A stretch of 64,000 nt of DNA from Candidatus Levyibacteriota bacterium (lineage in GTDB: Bacteria; Patescibacteriota; Microgenomatia; Levybacterales; UBA12049): contig PJMG01000022.1 of assembly GCA_003173895.1 (NCBI GenBank), positions 3,454 through 67,453 on the forward strand, written 5' to 3'. The notes beneath the pieces are model-generated. The model saw only the letters and a list, made by a program, of their open reading frames with translations, had not been told where the DNA came from and made no database searches. A program made the translations under genes and the position numbers. This document shows positions 40,123-49,549 of the stretch, piece after piece. Numbering within the stretch: position 1 is the first letter of the stretch; every line of letters starts with the position of its first letter.

Positions 40123-41134
40123 TTTTTTCTAGGAAAAATACTATTAATACACGCAAAATAGCTGTAATTGGTACTGCTAAAATCAAACCTAAAATACCTG
40201 CTAAACGTCCTCCTGCTATAACCGCAAAAAATATTAATAAAGGATTAAGTTTAGTGATTTTAGCCATCACATGAGGAATCACTAGATAATCTTCTAGCTG
40301 TCTTAAGAGGAGATAAATTAGGACTATAATTATCGATGCATCTAAAGGATTAAGTCCAAAATTATTATTACCTGTCAAAAGCATAATGATAACTGCTACT
40401 GCGCCTGCTGTGATAGGACCTACTACAGGAATTATCTCTGCAAAACCCGAAAATATAGCTATCATAAGTGCAAATTTTTCGCCAACTATTAAAAGAGCTA
40501 TATATAAAATTAGAGATACTAAAAATATTAAAAGTATTTCTCCTCTCAAATAATCTACTAAAACCAAATTTATTTTTGTAATTAAATTTTCTATATCAGA
40601 TCTTATATTTTTAGAAAAAAGAGTTAATAATTTTCTAACATTATCTTCTCCATCTTTTAAGAAATAGAAACCAGCAAAAATAAAAATGATAAAGTCGACT
40701 ACACCTGATATTGCTCGGGAAAAAGCGATACTTTTATAAGGAGCTTGAAAAAAAGCTAAAAAACGTGAATGTGAGAAGCTACTTATCAGGTCTGTCACAA
40801 TAGGTTTTATAAACGCTGGTAGGTGAGCTGTCTCTATTTTAGCGATTTTTAAATTACTTTGAATTATAGAATTAAAATCAAGTGATTCTATAGATAATTG
40901 CCTTGCTACAATAATACCTATAGCAGTAACTAAAATTACTATTAAAAAGTAGAGAGAAAATATAGTAATACTTTTAGGAAGTTTAAATTTAGAATAAAAA
41001 AAACTAACTATAGGATTAAAAATATAGGCAAAAATTCCTGCCACTATAAATGGAATTAAAATGCTTCTTATAGAATATAAAAACCAGAGAAAAATGATAC
41101 CAAGCACTATTAAAGCTATATTTTTTATTCTCAT
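40103..41134 (-). CDS. AI-2E/PerM family transporter
   Basis: Multi-TM; AYIFNPIV, IPVVGP, GILGLILAVP. Confidence 0.9.
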   Translation of the reverse strand: MRIKNIALIVLGIIFLWFLYSIRSILIPFIVAGIFAYIFNPIVSFFYSKFKLPKSITIFSLYFLIVILVTAIGIIVARQLSIESLDFNSIIQSNLKIAKIETAHLPAFIKPIVTDLISSFSHSRFLAFFQAPYKSIAFSRAISGVVDFIIFIFAGFYFLKDGEDNVRKLLTLFSKNIRSDIENLITKINLVLVDYLRGEILLIFLVSLILYIALLIVGEKFALMIAIFSGFAEIIPVVGPITAGAVAVIIMLLTGNNNFGLNPLDASIIIVLIYLLLRQLEDYLVIPHVMAKITKLNPLLIFFAVIAGGRLAGILGLILAVPITAILRVLIVFFLEKNPLGKE

Positions 41135-41149
41135 ACTAAAGATAGGATA

Positions 41150-41953
41150 TCATGAACTAGCGCTAGAGTAAAATCTTAAAGCTCTTTTCCAAAAAAACAA
41201 TGATAAGGATAAAAATATTGCAGCTATTAAAAATGAAATAATTATTATAGTAAATGGAGCAATACCTAAAAGCACTTTAGCAGGTACTGTCATCATAATT
41301 CCAACCGGAATAATAAAAGTAATAAGTCCTCTTAAGGGTTCTTTATAAATATCTACAGGTATTCTACCCATTTGTGTAGTATCGCGATATAACATAATTG
41401 CATTATCAATTTCTGTAGTTACTATTCCGAGAGCTAGAACAGCTATATGAAATGAAGCAGCAATAAGTAACGCGTTAAAAATAAAAATTATATAAAGAAA
41501 AATATTAAAATAAGATACAGTAAATGCTTTATTAATAAAAATTATTATAAAAATAATTGTACCCACTATCATAGGAATATCTAAAGGATCTGTCTCACCA
41601 AAAAGTCCTCTAAAAAGTGCTGGAAAAGGAGAAATTAGAAAATAGTCAAAATCACCTGTCACTATATATTGACGAAATCTATATACTGCGCGCATAAAAA
41701 ATTGAGGTAATGTATCGATAAGTTGAAATGTTAAAAAAAATAAGATTAATTGGTTCAGACTATACCCACCAATCTTAGAAACTCTGCTACCAATTATAAT
41801 TAAGAAAAAGAAGAAAAATAGAAATCTAATTATCTTACCAAAGATTAAAATAAATGCACCAAAGCGTGATGAGAAATTATTTTGAGCAGAAGCAATGGTT
41901 AATATCCACCAAATTTTTAAATATTTTTTCATACATTCATCTCCCTTGTGCAC
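41150..41953 (-). CDS. ABC-2 family permease (DUF990-like)
   Basis: Six TMs; GDFDYFL..P, IPVDIY, YSSASS. Confidence 0.88.
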   Translation of the reverse strand: MHKGDECMKKYLKIWWILTIASAQNNFSSRFGAFILIFGKIIRFLFFFFFLIIIGSRVSKIGGYSLNQLILFFLTFQLIDTLPQFFMRAVYRFRQYIVTGDFDYFLISPFPALFRGLFGETDPLDIPMIVGTIIFIIIFINKAFTVSYFNIFLYIIFIFNALLIAASFHIAVLALGIVTTEIDNAIMLYRDTTQMGRIPVDIYKEPLRGLITFIIPVGIMMTVPAKVLLGIAPFTIIIISFLIAAIFLSLSLFFWKRALRFYSSASS

Positions 41954-42734
41954 TATATTTCCTAAGTCCTATTTCCCATAAAAAATTAGTGAATTTTATA
42001 AGTAGAAAAATCCAAATTACTGATATTAAAAAACCAACTAATATACCCTGCCAATTTTCATTACCTAAATAAATTTTCATCGGAAAGTATAAAAGATATG
42101 GAAAAGGTAGTGATGAAAAAATTAAGAATAAAGGTTTAGGTAAAATATCTAAAGGGAAGAGACTACCGGCAAAAAATTGAATAATTATAAAAAAAATAAA
42201 TCTTAAAGGCCAAACTTCATCTACCCAAAATGCCAGTAAACTAACTAACACATTTAAAAAAAATAAAATTGTTATAGATATTAATAAAGCTATAACAAAT
42301 AAAACAACATAAATTATATTGGGTTGTAAATAAAAATCTGGTTTAAGAAGTATAAAAATTAAAAAGAATTCTATTAAAGCAAAGGACATATTCATAGCTT
42401 TATCACCTAAATCTCTAAAAAACCAATATGTAAAATAATTCATGGGTTTTATTAAATAATTTGACAAATCCCCTGTATTAATTTCATCACCAATTGTGGC
42501 ACTTCTGGAAGAAAGAACTAAATTACCGATAAAAGCCGTACCTAAAATATAGGTAATCATTTGTGCTTTAGTATATCCAAAAATAAATGATCCATTTCCT
42601 AAAAGTGCTAACCATAAAAAATAAGTTATAAGAAGACTAATCACTGTTCTTATTCGCCAAATAGAAAAATTAAGTCTATAAACAAAGGTTTCATCCCACG
42701 TGTTTTTAGCAGCTAAAAAATATTGTTTAATCAT
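41937..42734 (-). CDS. ABC-2 family permease (DUF990-like)
   Basis: EINTGDLSNYLIKP, FPLDILP, GLRKYSAQG. Confidence 0.88.
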   Translation of the reverse strand: MIKQYFLAAKNTWDETFVYRLNFSIWRIRTVISLLITYFLWLALLGNGSFIFGYTKAQMITYILGTAFIGNLVLSSRSATIGDEINTGDLSNYLIKPMNYFTYWFFRDLGDKAMNMSFALIEFFLIFILLKPDFYLQPNIIYVVLFVIALLISITILFFLNVLVSLLAFWVDEVWPLRFIFFIIIQFFAGSLFPLDILPKPLFLIFSSLPFPYLLYFPMKIYLGNENWQGILVGFLISVIWIFLLIKFTNFLWEIGLRKYSAQGR

Positions 42735-43711
42735 TATTTACCTTCAAAAATATCGCGTATTACATCTTCTATATCTTGATCTTCTATAGTTATATCTTCT
42801 ATGGGTAACTTTTCCATAATTTTAGCTACTGTTTTATTTACATGCTCTTTTTTTACTTCTAAAATTAAACTAGGAAATTCATATTTTTTAATTTCTCCTA
42901 AATCTTTAAGATGAGAAGGATCAACTATATTAGAAAGTGTTAAATAAATATTTTTAGTACCAGAATATTGTTTAATTAAATTTGATAAAAATCCATCAAA
43001 TAAAATTTTACCTTTATTTATAACTATCACTCTTTTACATAAAGTTTCTACATCCTTCATGTAATGACTAGTTAAAAGTATCGTAGCTTTAGATTTTTGA
43101 TTATATTCTTTTATAAAATCTCTTAAACTTTTTTGAGCAATAACATCTAAGCCAATTGTAGGTTCATCTAAAAATAAAACTTTAGGCGAATGAATAAGTG
43201 CAGCTATTAATTCCATTTTCATTCGTTGTCCCAGAGATAATTTCTTAACTTGAATCTCTATCAAATTCTCTGCATCTAAAAGTTTGGTTAGTTCTTTCAA
43301 ATTTTCTTTAAAATCTGAATCACTTATTCCATAAATTTCTTTATTTAATAAAAATGTTTCCATTGCTGGTAAATCCCACCAAAGTTGATTTTTTTGACCC
43401 ATTACTAATGCAATTTTAGATAGATATTCATATTTTCTATCAAATGGTTTATAACCTAAAACGGAAATTTGACCACTTGTGGGATAGAGTAGTCCTGATA
43501 GCATTTTAAGAGTAGTTGTTTTTCCTGCTCCATTTGGTCCTATAAATCCTATTAGTTCTCCTTCATCTATTTTAAATGAAATATCTTCTACTGCTTTTAT
43601 TTCTTCATAGCGTCTTGCAAATAATGACTTCATTGAACCCAAAAAACCTGGTTCCTTTTTATACACTTCATAGCTTTTAGAAAGATTATTAACAGAAATT
43701 ATCATATTCAA
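42734..43711 (-). CDS. ABC transporter ATP-binding protein
   Basis: GPNGAGKTT, LSLGQ, LFLDEPT. Confidence 0.95.
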   Translation of the reverse strand: MNMIISVNNLSKSYEVYKKEPGFLGSMKSLFARRYEEIKAVEDISFKIDEGELIGFIGPNGAGKTTTLKMLSGLLYPTSGQISVLGYKPFDRKYEYLSKIALVMGQKNQLWWDLPAMETFLLNKEIYGISDSDFKENLKELTKLLDAENLIEIQVKKLSLGQRMKMELIAALIHSPKVLFLDEPTIGLDVIAQKSLRDFIKEYNQKSKATILLTSHYMKDVETLCKRVIVINKGKILFDGFLSNLIKQYSGTKNIYLTLSNIVDPSHLKDLGEIKKYEFPSLILEVKKEHVNKTVAKIMEKLPIEDITIEDQDIEDVIRDIFEGK

Positions 43712-43824
43712 TAATTATATACTTATGGTATTTAAAATATAAATTGCATTTTCAGATTTGTTGAGTATAGCAAAAGAGACCTTTCATAAAAAATAAAAGA
43801 TCTCTCTGCCTTTTAAAGCTGAAT

Positions 43825-44097
43825 TTATTTAACAGCTTTCTTAAGAGTTTTTCCTGCTGTGAACCCTGGAGCTTTTCTAGCTGGAATAGTGATTTTTGCT
43901 CCTGTCTTAGGATTTCTTCCAGTTCTAGATGCTCTTTTTCTAAGTGAAAAAGTTCCAAATCCAGTGATTACAACTTTTTCGCCTTTTTTAAGACTGTCTC
44001 TTACTGCCATAATAAAAGCATCTACTGATTCACGAGCTGCTTTGTTAGTAAGACTAGCTTTTTTAGCGATTAACTCGATTAGATCTTTTTTTGTCAT
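43825..44097 (-). CDS. hup: HU family DNA-binding protein (likely start 44097)
   Basis: GFGTF, GRNPKTG, FTAGKTLK; AGGAGGTG Shine-Dalgarno 6 nt before the ATG. Confidence 0.95.
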   Translation of the reverse strand: MTKKDLIELIAKKASLTNKAARESVDAFIMAVRDSLKKGEKVVITGFGTFSLRKRASRTGRNPKTGAKITIPARKAPGFTAGKTLKKAVK

Positions 44098-44280
44098 TTT
44101 TTTCACCTCCTATTCTTTATTTAGATTAAATCTACAGCCTTTTTTACACTTCGTCAATGTAACATATGCGATCAGATTGGTAAATCAATGTATCAGAAAA
44201 GATAAAGCTCATTGTATTTATTGTTTATAACAATGAATATAATTTGTGAATGTAAGATTTAGAATTAGAAATTTGAAGTT

Positions 44281-45522
44281 TTATTCTTCTAATCCTCCAC
44301 CTGCGCTTACTCTAAAGTCACGAATTACTGTAACTCGAGGTTCACCGGGAATAGGTAATTTAGATATTTCTTCTCTTATCTGAGAAGCTAAAAGAATACA
44401 TTCATCATCTCCGACTTTTTCAGGAATAACTACTACTCTTATTTCTCTCCCCGCTTCAAACGCATAAGCATCTGAAACTCCCTCATGTTTTTTAGCTATA
44501 TCCTCCATCTCTTTAATTCTAGTAGCGTATTCCTCAATATCTGTATATCTAGCACCTGGTCTAGCTGCAGAAACAGCATCACCTACGTGAACTAAAATAG
44601 ATTCTATAGATGAAAATGGCTTATCTTCATGATGCTCAGCTACACAGTTGATAACAGCGTCTGGAAAGTTATATCTTTTTAAGAGTTCTACTCCTAATTT
44701 AACATGACTTCCTTCACCTTCTACCACTTTTCCTATGTCATGAAAAAGTGCGCCCAAACGGATTACATTAGTATCTGCTCCTATTTCCTCAGACAAAGCT
44801 ACTGCGATTTTAGTCACTTCCAGAGAATGTAAGATTAAACTTTGTCCATAAGAAGTTCTAAATTTGAAGCGGCCTAAAATTTTAAGTAGATCTACAGGAA
44901 TGTTGTAAACTCCAGCTTCGTGAGCTAATTTTTGTCCTTCATCCATCATGATTTTCTCGACCTCTGCTTTAGTTTGAGTTACTATTTCTTCTATTCTGAC
45001 TGGTTGAATTCTAGTATCTTTAATTAATTTTTCCAGTGCACGTCTAGCAATTTCACGTCTCACTTGATCAAAAGATGAAAGTCGAATTATTCCTTCTTCA
45101 TCCATCATCACATCTACACCTGTAGCTGTCTCAAAAGCTCGAATGTTGCGCCCACCTTGACCAATAATTCTTCCTTTAATTTCTTCAGAATCTATATGAA
45201 TTACTGAAACTGTATATTCTGCTACGAAATTTACTGCTCCATGCTTTAAACTATCTGCTAAAATTTCACGAATTTTTACATCAGATGTTCTTTTAGCTTC
45301 TTCTTCACTATCGCGAATTATTTTAGCTACAGTCGCTGCTTGATTTTTTTCCACTTCTGAAAGTAGTTCTCGCTTTGCTTGATCTAGAGTTAATTTGGAG
45401 ACATTTTCTAATTTTTCTCTATATTTTTCCTTTTCTTTTTCTAAAGATTCTTTTTCTTCTTCTAATTTTTCTTCTTTTTTAAGAAGTTTTTTTTCTAAAT
45501 CTAATAAATCATCTTTTACCAT
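44281..45522 (-). CDS. rny: Ribonuclease Y lacking the N-terminal TM anchor
   Basis: KGRIIGQGGRNIR (KH domain), FRTSYGQ, HDIGK, AGREIRV. Confidence 0.93.
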   Translation of the reverse strand: MVKDDLLDLEKKLLKKEEKLEEEKESLEKEKEKYREKLENVSKLTLDQAKRELLSEVEKNQAATVAKIIRDSEEEAKRTSDVKIREILADSLKHGAVNFVAEYTVSVIHIDSEEIKGRIIGQGGRNIRAFETATGVDVMMDEEGIIRLSSFDQVRREIARRALEKLIKDTRIQPVRIEEIVTQTKAEVEKIMMDEGQKLAHEAGVYNIPVDLLKILGRFKFRTSYGQSLILHSLEVTKIAVALSEEIGADTNVIRLGALFHDIGKVVEGEGSHVKLGVELLKRYNFPDAVINCVAEHHEDKPFSSIESILVHVGDAVSAARPGARYTDIEEYATRIKEMEDIAKKHEGVSDAYAFEAGREIRVVVIPEKVGDDECILLASQIREEISKLPIPGEPRVTVIRDFRVSAGGGLEE

Positions 45523-45532
45523 ATATTAAGTT

Positions 45533-45607
45533 GTCATCCTGAGGCATCCACTATTTTAGTGGGTTATTTGAAGATCCTTATGGGATTTCTCATAAACTCT
45601 AAATGAC
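45533..45607. repeat. GTCATCCTGA...ATGAC palindromic element with an inner hairpin
   Basis: Termini match the 50978-51047 element; inner CCACTA/TAGTGG stem. Confidence 0.65.
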
Positions 45608-45616
45608 ATAATGTAA

Positions 45617-46147
45617 TTATACATTTTTCTTTAAAACTTCGTCAATTACTGATCTAATTATATCCATATCAAAACCCCGTCTGGCCAAAAAACCTCCGAT
45701 TCGTTGATATATTTTCTCTTTAGATAAATCTTTAATAGTTCTAATTTTTTTCTGAGCCAAATCAAGGGCAAGTTGTTTCTCATTTCTTTCTAGCTTATAT
45801 TCTTCATTTTCATTCTTAATTTTAAATTCTAAATTCTTAATTATATTTTTATTAATTCCCTTTTGCCTTAATTCAAATTCTATCGCTCTCCAACCTTTAG
45901 GCCTTACTCTAGTTCTTTGTTCTATCCACCCTTTAGCAAATTCCACGTCATTCACAAATTTTTGACTTTTAAGCTTATTTAAAACATTTTCTTGAATTGG
46001 CTTAAAAAAATTTCTTGATTCATCATCAAGTTTTTTTTTCTTACTTAACAAAAGAAATCTTTTTTCTAAAAAGTCTCTAACTTCTTTTTCAGAACGAGGT
46101 CGTTTTCCGAGGTATCGAAGCGCAGCAGCATATAATCTTTTATCCAT
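45617..46147 (-). CDS. recX: RecX regulator
   Basis: ALRYLGKRPRSEKE, ELRQKGI, FLARRGF; immediately after recA. Confidence 0.9.
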   Translation of the reverse strand: MDKRLYAAALRYLGKRPRSEKEVRDFLEKRFLLLSKKKKLDDESRNFFKPIQENVLNKLKSQKFVNDVEFAKGWIEQRTRVRPKGWRAIEFELRQKGINKNIIKNLEFKIKNENEEYKLERNEKQLALDLAQKKIRTIKDLSKEKIYQRIGGFLARRGFDMDIIRSVIDEVLKKNV

Positions 46148-46156
46148 TAATATATT

Positions 46157-47251
46157 TTACACCAGTGCTTCTTCTGCTTCTATTTCTTCTTCGTCTTCAG
46201 TTCCTACATTCATTGGTACTCTAGTTTTACTATTTTCCATTATCTGCTTAACAATTTTATTTTGTAAATCTTTATTTTCCTTAAGTGAAGAAATAGCTGC
46301 AGCACGTCCTTGACCTAACATTTCTCCTTCATACCTTAAAAATGCTCCTGACTTTTGGATAATTCCTAACTCTATTCCTACATCTAAAATTCCTCCTTCA
46401 CGAGATACTCCATCTAGATAAACTTCAAATTCTGCAGTTCTAAATGGAACCGCTACTTTATTTTTTACGATTTTTACTCTATGGCGACTTCCAATGGGTT
46501 TATCGCCGTTTTTAATAGTTTCAATTTTTCTTACATCCGCACGAATACTGGCATAAAATTTAAGAGCCAGTCCTCCTGTAGTAGTTTCAGGATTACCAAA
46601 CATTACGCCGATTTTTTGTCTAAGTTGATTAGTAAAAACTAAAACAGTTTTTGACTTAGAAACTACTGCTGTTAATTTACGAAGAGCTTGTGACATTAGC
46701 CTAGCTTGAAGCCCCATTACTGAGTCACCCATTTCCCCCTCTATTTCTGCTCGTGGAACCAGTGCGGCGACTGAATCAACGACTAAGATATCTATTCCTC
46801 CACTTCTTACCAGGCTCTCGACTATCTCAAGAGCCTGTTCTCCTGTATCAGGTTGAGAAATTAAAAGCTCATCGAGCTTAATTCCGATGGTTTGTGCCCA
46901 CATGGGATCCAATGCATGTTCCGCATCTACGAATGCGGCCACCCCACCATGTTTTTGGGCTTGAGCTATAAGTGATAAACAAATCGTAGTTTTCCCTGAT
47001 GCTTCAGGTCCATAAATTTCTATTATTCTGCCTCTTGGCATTCCACCCACTCCTAAAGCGATATCCAGAGGTAAAATTCCGGTAGAGATAACTGAAATAT
47101 CTAATTTCTGTGCTGCTTCACCAAAACGCATTATGGAACCTTTACCATATTGTTTCTCGATGGCTTCCATTGCCATTTTTACTGCTTCTAATTTTTGTGC
47201 TGCGTCACTGTCTACTGGAGGCGTTTGTTTTTGTGTAGAATTTTTTGGCAT
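46157..47251 (-). CDS. recA: Recombinase A
   Basis: [27 protein letters not shown]. Confidence 0.99.
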   Translation of the reverse strand: MPKNSTQKQTPPVDSDAAQKLEAVKMAMEAIEKQYGKGSIMRFGEAAQKLDISVISTGILPLDIALGVGGMPRGRIIEIYGPEASGKTTICLSLIAQAQKHGGVAAFVDAEHALDPMWAQTIGIKLDELLISQPDTGEQALEIVESLVRSGGIDILVVDSVAALVPRAEIEGEMGDSVMGLQARLMSQALRKLTAVVSKSKTVLVFTNQLRQKIGVMFGNPETTTGGLALKFYASIRADVRKIETIKNGDKPIGSRHRVKIVKNKVAVPFRTAEFEVYLDGVSREGGILDVGIELGIIQKSGAFLRYEGEMLGQGRAAAISSLKENKDLQNKIVKQIMENSKTRVPMNVGTEDEEEIEAEEALV

Positions 47252-47373
47252 ATGTAAAATTTATTGTAACAACTTAGACGTAAAAAACAACTAGATCTTT
47301 CTGTATTAGAACATTACTTTATATATTTTTTATAGTAAAATTACAGTGATCCTGTTAGAATACAGTTAATTCA

Positions 47374-47444
47374 CGGGGATTAGTTTAACGGTAGAATAGG
47401 CGCATGGGGTGCGTCTGGCTGGGGTTCAATTCCCCGATCCCCGA
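47374..47444 (+). tRNA. tRNA-Pro(GGG), CCA not encoded
   Basis: Acceptor CGGGGAT/ATCCCCG; GGCGC-ATGGGGT-GCGTC anticodon arm; TTCAAT T-loop. Confidence 0.92.
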
Positions 47445-47488
47445 CAAAAATTTGTAATGTTTTCTTTACATGATAAAATTTATTTAGT

Positions 47489-47656
47489 ATGAAAAATACT
47501 ATCATAAAATACTGTGCTAAATGCCAAAAGGAAAAGCAATTGTATTCTATACTAATAGTGGATAAAACAAAAATAGATAAATATAGAATATTTGAAGGTA
47601 TTGATGAATATGATCATCTTATAACATTTAATCAAAGAGTTAACTCTAGTTTATGA
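47489..47656 (+). CDS. Small protein (55 aa) with CxxC, absent from the ORF track
   Basis: MKNTIIKYCAKCQKEK...; TG-A-TAAAAT upstream; ATGA overlap with the next ORF. Confidence 0.55.
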   Translation: MKNTIIKYCAKCQKEKQLYSILIVDKTKIDKYRIFEGIDEYDHLITFNQRVNSSL

Positions 47657-48006
47657 CTACTACTCAAAAAATAATCACATCTACTTTTTTAATTGGATAT
47701 ATTATTTTTTGCATAATTATATTTTTACTCTATGAAATATCTCCTCATATACGTCCCTCATCTATAATGACTGTCGCTCAATTAGGGAAACGCTTACAAG
47801 CTAAATATCCACAGTATAAAAATGAAAATCCTCAACAATTAGGAGAAATTATTATAAAAGAATATCCTCAGTACCAAAAATTAGTTGATACACCAAATGT
47901 ATTTTATATTTCTTTTTATGAATCTTTTAAGATATGGATTGTTGGAACGATTTCCTTTATATTAACCTTTTCATTCCTTTATAAGATTTGGGGTAAAAAT
48001 AAATAA
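47653..48006 (+). CDS. Two-TM hypothetical membrane protein
   Basis: Hydrophobic N- and C-terminal segments; repeated (K/E)YPQY motif. Confidence 0.65.
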   Translation: MTTTQKIITSTFLIGYIIFCIIIFLLYEISPHIRPSSIMTVAQLGKRLQAKYPQYKNENPQQLGEIIIKEYPQYQKLVDTPNVFYISFYESFKIWIVGTISFILTFSFLYKIWGKNK

Positions 48007-48030
48007 CAAATATAGAGATAATTCATAAAA

Positions 48031-48483
48031 ATGTCAACAATTCAATTTACTAAATCAGGTTTTGAAAAATTAAAAAAGGACTTTGAGGATTTAGAAAAAT
48101 CACGACCAGCAGCAGTTTTAGATCTTAAAAAAGCTCGCGAAATGGGAGATTTATCAGAAAATGGATATTATAAAGCAGCCAAATTTAAATTATCTTCAAT
48201 AGATCATCAACTTAGTGTTTTAAAACATCAAATAAAATCCGCAGTTATTATTGAAAATAAAAATAATCAAACTATAAATATCGGCTCACTAGTTACTTTA
48301 GAAGGAAGTGGTGAAAAAATAACTTATCAAATAGTTGGAGATCTCGAAGCAAATCCTAGTGAAAATAAAATTTCTTCACACTCTCCAATTGGTAAAGCAA
48401 TTTTTAATAAAAAGGCAGGCGATGAAGTGGAAATTAATTTACCAAAAGGAATAGTAAAATATAAAGTAGTTAAAATCAACTAA
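48031..48483 (+). CDS. greA: Transcription elongation factor GreA
   Basis: AREMGDLSENGYY, ISSHSPIGKA. Confidence 0.93.
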   Translation: MSTIQFTKSGFEKLKKDFEDLEKSRPAAVLDLKKAREMGDLSENGYYKAAKFKLSSIDHQLSVLKHQIKSAVIIENKNNQTINIGSLVTLEGSGEKITYQIVGDLEANPSENKISSHSPIGKAIFNKKAGDEVEINLPKGIVKYKVVKIN

Positions 48484-48486
48484 TTA

Positions 48487-49548
48487 TTATATTACTGTTG
48501 ATCCTTTATAGACTTTTGGAGTTAACCAGTCAGGAGGAGCCTCTGGAAGAGAATTATCATTATTCATTTGATTTATATTTTGAGGTTGTGGTTGTACTGG
48601 TACAGGATTTGGATTTACAGGTGCAGAATTTATATTTTGATTATTATTAACAGGAACTACATTAGGATTAAAAGTTGGATTTACTGGTCTTGGTTGAACA
48701 GGTGAAGTAACCACTGGTTGTGGTCTATTTATTTTAGTTGGATTTGGGAAAAAATTGTTATCAAGTGGCATATTAGTTCCTACCCCACGACTTGAATTTA
48801 CTACTGATAAAGCTTTACCTCTTGTAGCGCCTTTTTTCATTAAAATTCCTGCTACTTCAAAAGCTAAATAACTAGTATTTGCACCAGTAAAGTTGTTAGT
48901 AGCTGAAATTATTCCATCTAAAAGATTTTGTGAAGTATCAGCATCTAATTCTATTTGTGGTTCTAAGAGAGTTACAAAATCAGATATTTGTTCACTCACA
49001 GATGACCATCTAGTATCGACTACTACCATATCACCATATTTTTCATTATTAGTAGTATTATCTATATTTATAACTGCAACTTGTTTATCAGGACTTGGAG
49101 TATAAATATTGGATATTAAAGATAAGCTTGGAACTCCTACACAAATTATTAATTCTGGAAGGCTACCTGATCTGACAAATGCTACGTCTTTTTGATTAAA
49201 AGAAATTCCCTTTTCTCCTGCTTTAACGACAATATTTAATTTCCCATTTTCTAAATTATATGAAACTTTATCGATTTCACCTTCGTTATAAGGGAAGGAT
49301 ACTGTTAGATCTCCCCCTGTATTACCAAAAGATTTAGAAACATTATCGATTCCAACTAATGAAGATAAAGAAACATTCACATCTGTAGGAGAAACTATAC
49401 TAGCATTTTTACCCATTTGCTTAAGAACTAGAAATAAACCTAAACCTGCGGCCATTTGATCTAAACTAGGATTAGGAGCTACGATTACGCCTATGCTTTG
49501 GTATCGGGAGATAAAATCTTTTAATTTTTGAAAAGCAGTATTATCCAT
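48487..49548 (-). CDS. Degenerate DHH/NrnA-like protein with a Pro/Asn/Gln-rich tail
   Basis: PSLDQMAAGLGL, VINIDN (DHH lost), GIISATNNF; downstream of infB. Confidence 0.7.
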   Translation of the reverse strand: MDNTAFQKLKDFISRYQSIGVIVAPNPSLDQMAAGLGLFLVLKQMGKNASIVSPTDVNVSLSSLVGIDNVSKSFGNTGGDLTVSFPYNEGEIDKVSYNLENGKLNIVVKAGEKGISFNQKDVAFVRSGSLPELIICVGVPSLSLISNIYTPSPDKQVAVINIDNTTNNEKYGDMVVVDTRWSSVSEQISDFVTLLEPQIELDADTSQNLLDGIISATNNFTGANTSYLAFEVAGILMKKGATRGKALSVVNSSRGVGTNMPLDNNFFPNPTKINRPQPVVTSPVQPRPVNPTFNPNVVPVNNNQNINSAPVNPNPVPVQPQPQNINQMNNDNSLPEAPPDWLTPKVYKGSTVI

Positions 49549-49549
49549 A

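Noticed and set aside
47252-47373. LexA/SOS box upstream of recA
   Set aside because: No convincing palindrome matching an SOS motif I can support
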